From: Chlamydiia bacterium
GTDB lineage: Bacteria > Chlamydiota > Chlamydiia > Chlamydiales > Parachlamydiaceae
Length of the DNA: 11,288 nucleotides
Direction: 5' to 3'
NCBI GenBank assembly: GCA_038257035.1
Contig: JBBSJT010000077.1
Location: forward strand, 1-11,288
The notes below the pieces were generated by a model. The model did not search any database and was not told the DNA's origin. It worked only from the letters and a program-made list of their open reading frames with translations. The position numbers were made by a program, and so were the translations under genes. Below, piece by piece: positions 7,421-11,288 of this stretch (position 1 is its first letter; each line of letters begins with the position of its first letter).

Positions 7421-8146
7421 ATGGACTTAAAACTTAAAGATGTCGCAGATTTATTGAATGTATCAGAGATGACAATACGCCGATGGCTCTCCCACGGGAA
7501 AATCCCTGCTTATCGCATCAATCATCAATACCGATTTAGCCGCGTGGAAATTGAAAATTGGGTTTTAAACCATAAACTTCCACTTACAACTAATGAAAAA
7601 GATTGGAGTGAATTAGATCTTGAGACGTCAAATGAAAAAGACAATGAAGAAGACCCACCGGCTATCAAAGGTGGAGTTAAGCAATTTAGCCTCTTTCGCG
7701 CTGTCCATAAAGGCGGTGTCGTTCATAAAGCGCAAGGCAATACAAAAGAAGACCTAATCAGAACCGCCTCTAAAACAATTGCAAAGGAATTAAGCCTTGA
7801 TGCCGAAGTGATTTCCGAACTTCTCTTAGATCGCGAAGTTCTTCAACCCACAGCTTTAAATAATGGAATAGGGATTCCCCACCCAAGGGATTTCCTTTTA
7901 AACACTTCTCATGACGTGGTGACTGTTGTTTTCCCTGAAAACCCGATTGAATATGGAGCGCTGGATGAAAAGCCTGTCAGCACCCTTTTCTTTTTGTTTG
8001 CTTGTGGGGATAAAAGTCATTTGCACCTGTTAGCAAAGATTGCCCATTTTTGCAGTAACAAAGATACAATCTCTTTTTTAAATACTCATCCGACAAAAAA
8101 AGCTTTACTGGAATACATCAAAGACTGGGAAAGCAAGATCGTTTAG
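7421..8146 (+). CDS. ptsN: PTS EIIA (Ntr-like) protein with an N-terminal excisionase-like HTH domain
   Basis: N-terminal LKDVADLLNVSEMTIRRW...IPAYRI...YRF HTH, acidic linker, EIIA domain DREVLQPTALNNGIGIPH. ATG 7421 with GGAG at 7412-7415 preferred over TTG 7403. Confidence 0.88.
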   Translation: MDLKLKDVADLLNVSEMTIRRWLSHGKIPAYRINHQYRFSRVEIENWVLNHKLPLTTNEKDWSELDLETSNEKDNEEDPPAIKGGVKQFSLFRAVHKGGVVHKAQGNTKEDLIRTASKTIAKELSLDAEVISELLLDREVLQPTALNNGIGIPHPRDFLLNTSHDVVTVVFPENPIEYGALDEKPVSTLFFLFACGDKSHLHLLAKIAHFCSNKDTISFLNTHPTKKALLEYIKDWESKIV

Positions 8147-8171
8147 GCCTTTTATACGCGGTTTGTTTACC

Positions 8172-8396
8172 TTTTTTACCGCGAAGGACGCGAAGAAGCG
8201 CGCTTCGCGCGGAGGATGAGCAGACATTCTTGCTAAATAAATATTCTTTATTTAAAATTGTTTTTGACAAAACAATTTTACTAATCATCCCCTTTGCATA
8301 TTGCAAAGGGGAATTTTCCCGCGCGACAGCGCGCTTCTTCGCGCTTCTTCCCGCAAGCTGAGCTTGCGCTTCTTCGCGGTCTTCGCGGTAAAAAAA
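8172..8396. repeat. About 225-bp REP/MITE-like inverted-repeat element with CGCGAAG arms
   Basis: 8172-8201 and 8366-8395 are 30-nt inverted repeats (28/30); a second partial right arm lies at 8316-8343; several internal hairpins. Confidence 0.85.
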
Positions 8397-8465
8397 TCCC
8401 CCTCAACGGTATAATATTGGCCTTGGCGGTAAAAAAGTCATCCTTAGTGGTAGACTTAACATCAG

Positions 8466-8498
8466 AAATTCACCACCGAGGGTCTCAGTGGTGAATTT
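8466..8498 (-). terminator. Hairpin just downstream of clpC, probable terminator
   Basis: AAATTCACCAC/GTGGTGAATTT 11-bp stem plus GAG/CTC; the one mismatch is a U-G pair on the minus strand; 9 nt after the clpC stop; U-tract is short. Confidence 0.6.
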
Positions 8499-8507
8499 AA
8501 GGGACTT

Positions 8508-11045
8508 TTAAGCCTCGGAAGTGGTAGGCACTCTTTGACTGCGCTCATTAGGAAAGACTTCTTCGTCAACAACTTTTAAAAGACCATCCTCTACTGTAAT
8601 TAAGCAACGACGCCCTTCGTCCGGGTGTTGCAAAATAAGTTCAGCAAGAGGTCCTTCCACAAATTCCTCAATTGTACGTCTAAGTGGCCTTGCACCCATT
8701 TCCGGAACAAACCCTTTGTCTACTAGGAAATTTTTTGCAGCATCATCAAGTCTAATATAAATGTCTTTTCTTTGCAGACGGGCTTGAATTTTTTTCAACT
8801 CAAGCTCAATGATGTTCAAGACTGCTTCTCGGCTAAGCGTGTGGAAGTAGACCTTGTCATCAAGTCTATTTAAAAATTCTGGTTTAAAGTATTTTTTAGC
8901 TTCGCCTTCGATTTTTTCCTTCATTTTCTCATAATCATACGTGCCTTCAATAGCTCCAAACCCAACTTCGGTTTGTTTTCTAATTAAGTCTGCACCCAAG
9001 TTAGATGTCAGAATAACAATTGTGTTACGAAAATCTATTTTTCTGCCAAAAGAATCTGTTAAACGTCCTTCTTCTAAAATTTGCAATAGAATATTCATGA
9101 CATCAGGATGCGCCTTTTCAATCTCATCAAATAAAACAACAGAATAGGGACGCTGACGTACTTGTTCTGTAAGTTGGCCACCTTCTTCATGACCAACATA
9201 TCCAGGAGGTGAACCTGTCATTCTACTCACTGCAAATTTTTCCATGTATTCGGACATATCGACTTGAATGAGGGCATCTTCACCGCCAAACATATTAATG
9301 GCAAGAAGCCTTGCAAGCAATGTCTTACCGACTCCGGTAGGTCCTAAGAATAGAAAAGCCCCGATCGGTCGATTTGGGTCTTTAATGTCTGCGCGACTTC
9401 TACGAATAGCACGGCAAACAGTTTTTAAAGCATCGTCCTGACCAATAAAATTGCGCTTTAACACTTCTTCTAACTTCAAAATCTTTTCCGTTTCCCCTTG
9501 AGTTAAGCGGCTAATTGGAATTCCTGTTTGTTTTGCAACAACAGTAGCAATATCTTCCTCATCAACAACAACTTCATGCTCTTCTTTGTTGATTTCCCAT
9601 TGGGAAAGCACCTTTCTTAAATGCTCACGTAATTTCTTCTCTTCGTCACGAAGTTTGGCAGCTTTTTCAAATTCTTGACGGGCAATTGCTTCTTCTTTTG
9701 CAAGTCGAGCCTCTTCTATCTCACTTTCATATTTGCTGATATCCTGTGGCTGGTTCATCATGGCGATGCGCATTTTAGCGCCTGCCTCATCAATGATATC
9801 AATCGCCTTATCCGGTAACAATCTTCCATTAATATAGCGATCAGAAAGAATTACGGCAGCCCTTAGGGCTTGTGTCGTGTAAGTGCATTTATGATGTTCT
9901 TCGTATTTTGCTTTTAAACCACCAAGAATTTCAATAGATTCATCAATACTCGGGGATGGTACCGAAATTTTTTGAAACCTTCTTTCAAGAGCGGCATCTT
10001 TTTCAATATGCTTACGGTATTCATCAATTGTTGTAGCTCCAATACATTGCATTTCTCCACGAGAAAGTGCAGGCTTTAGGATATTAGAAGCATCAATTGC
10101 CCCCTCTGCGGCACCGGCTCCAACGATTGTATGAAGTTCATCAATGAAAAGAAGTACGTTTCCATTCTTTTTAATTTCATCCATAACAGCTTTAATACGC
10201 TCTTCAAATTGACCTCGATATTTGGTCCCTGCAATCATTAAGGCAAGATCAAGAGAAATGAGTTTTTTCTTGCGAAGATTATCCGGAACTTCACCTTTGA
10301 CGATCGCTTGAGCCAACCCTTCCACGATTGCAGTTTTTCCAACACCGGCTTCTCCGATAAGTACAGGATTATTTTTGCGACGTCTGCAAAGTATTAAAAT
10401 CAATCGCTCAATTTCTTCCTTTCGACCGATAACGGGATCCATTTTTCCTTCACGACACATTTCAGTTAAATCATGGCCATAAGCTTTTAAAGCCGGCATT
10501 TTATCTTGTCCGTTAGTCCCGGGTTTTTCATAGGGCTTAGCCGTTGAGCCTTGACCTTGCTGTATCGGTTGAGTTGGAGTAGTGCCTAATGGAGGCAATT
10601 GCAGATTGAATGTTTCAAGCTCTTTTAAAACTTCCTTACGAACTTCTTTCAAATTGACATTAAGATTTTCAAGCACTTGAGCTGCAACACCATCGGTCTG
10701 CCTTAAGAGTCCTAAAAGTAAGTGTTCGGTACCTACATAATTATGATTTAAATTAGCAGCTTCTTCGTTGGCATACTCAAATACCTTTTTAACTTTACCG
10801 GTTAGCGCAGGATCGCCATATACTTGAATCTCAGGACCATAGCCTACAAGCTTTTCAACTTCGCCCCGTACGGTTTCAAAGTCAATATTCAAACCGCGCA
10901 AAACATTGACAGCAACGCCTTGACCTAATTTTAAAAGACCTAACAGAATATGTTCTGTTCCTAAGTAGTTATGGTTTAAGCGTTGGGCTTCTTTTTTCGC
11001 TAATTTAATGACTTGCTTAGCGCGATTTGTAAACTTATCAAACAT
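8508..11045 (-). CDS. clpC: ATP-dependent Clp protease ATP-binding subunit ClpC
   Basis: Two Clp-N repeats (YLGTEH/YVGTEH), Walker A GEAGVGKT and GPTGVGKT, short UVR-type middle domain ([11 protein letters not shown]), ClpP-docking VGF loop, MGARPLRR. Confidence 0.97.
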   Translation of the reverse strand: MFDKFTNRAKQVIKLAKKEAQRLNHNYLGTEHILLGLLKLGQGVAVNVLRGLNIDFETVRGEVEKLVGYGPEIQVYGDPALTGKVKKVFEYANEEAANLNHNYVGTEHLLLGLLRQTDGVAAQVLENLNVNLKEVRKEVLKELETFNLQLPPLGTTPTQPIQQGQGSTAKPYEKPGTNGQDKMPALKAYGHDLTEMCREGKMDPVIGRKEEIERLILILCRRRKNNPVLIGEAGVGKTAIVEGLAQAIVKGEVPDNLRKKKLISLDLALMIAGTKYRGQFEERIKAVMDEIKKNGNVLLFIDELHTIVGAGAAEGAIDASNILKPALSRGEMQCIGATTIDEYRKHIEKDAALERRFQKISVPSPSIDESIEILGGLKAKYEEHHKCTYTTQALRAAVILSDRYINGRLLPDKAIDIIDEAGAKMRIAMMNQPQDISKYESEIEEARLAKEEAIARQEFEKAAKLRDEEKKLREHLRKVLSQWEINKEEHEVVVDEEDIATVVAKQTGIPISRLTQGETEKILKLEEVLKRNFIGQDDALKTVCRAIRRSRADIKDPNRPIGAFLFLGPTGVGKTLLARLLAINMFGGEDALIQVDMSEYMEKFAVSRMTGSPPGYVGHEEGGQLTEQVRQRPYSVVLFDEIEKAHPDVMNILLQILEEGRLTDSFGRKIDFRNTIVILTSNLGADLIRKQTEVGFGAIEGTYDYEKMKEKIEGEAKKYFKPEFLNRLDDKVYFHTLSREAVLNIIELELKKIQARLQRKDIYIRLDDAAKNFLVDKGFVPEMGARPLRRTIEEFVEGPLAELILQHPDEGRRCLITVEDGLLKVVDEEVFPNERSQRVPTTSEA

Positions 11046-11288
11046 GGGATTCCCTTTTTTAAAATCGTTTTTTTCAGACCAATGGGTTCTTATTTCTAAT
11101 TTTGTTCTTGTCGGCTTTTTTTTGCAATGGAAGTTCCATATTTGACTTCAATCCGTACACAATGCCATCTAAATTCTACCAATTTAAATAACATGTGTAC
11201 TAGCCTGAAAAATACAATCATTTACAGAAACACCATAGAATGACGAACCTAATAATTTAAGGCAAGAGGGAGTTACGTCTTGAATACG

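Noticed and set aside
8381..8455. CRISPR or mini-CRISPR interpretation of the periodic repeats
   Set aside because: Units are only about 20 nt in total and degenerate, with no unique spacers of about 30 nt and no cas genes.
8118..8494. ORFs 8118-8306 (-) and 8294-8494 (+)
   Set aside because: Short, non-ATG starts, no recognisable domain, and they run through repeat arms and hairpins.
1055..9147. Shadow ORFs at 1055, 1834, 1877, 2743, 3482, 5964, 7164 and 8941
   Set aside because: All lie antisense or out of frame within well-supported conserved genes.
11099..11127. Possible clpC promoter TTGCAA-N17-CAAAAT (minus strand) and heat-shock operators
   Set aside because: The -10 lacks the first T, and no CIRCE or CtsR repeat was recognised upstream; too weak to call.

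Overview
AT-rich housekeeping region whose gene content and order point to an environmental member of the Chlamydiae (inferred from recalled synteny, not a search). The + strand carries rnc-radA-hemC(short)-hemD-Mn SOD, then an opposed small secreted orphan, then accD-dut-ptsN-HTH/ptsN converging on clpC. No transposase, CRISPR array, rRNA or tRNA is visible. The unusual content is intergenic. (1) A REP/MITE-like repeat family occurs in most spacers. Its arms are built as T-tract + tandem 8-9 nt CGCAGAG/CGCGAAG units + AGAAG + a short GC hairpin that varies in sequence while keeping its pairing, and trains of degenerate termini at about 21-nt spacing follow some copies. (2) An unrelated 174-nt fold-back element upstream of sod has non-Watson-Crick pairs that are all G-U on the sense strand, and it is linked to competing hairpins over the sod ribosome-binding site. 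(3) A perfect 50-bp TA-bounded palindrome follows sod. HemC lacks the C-terminal domain that carries the canonical cofactor-binding Cys.
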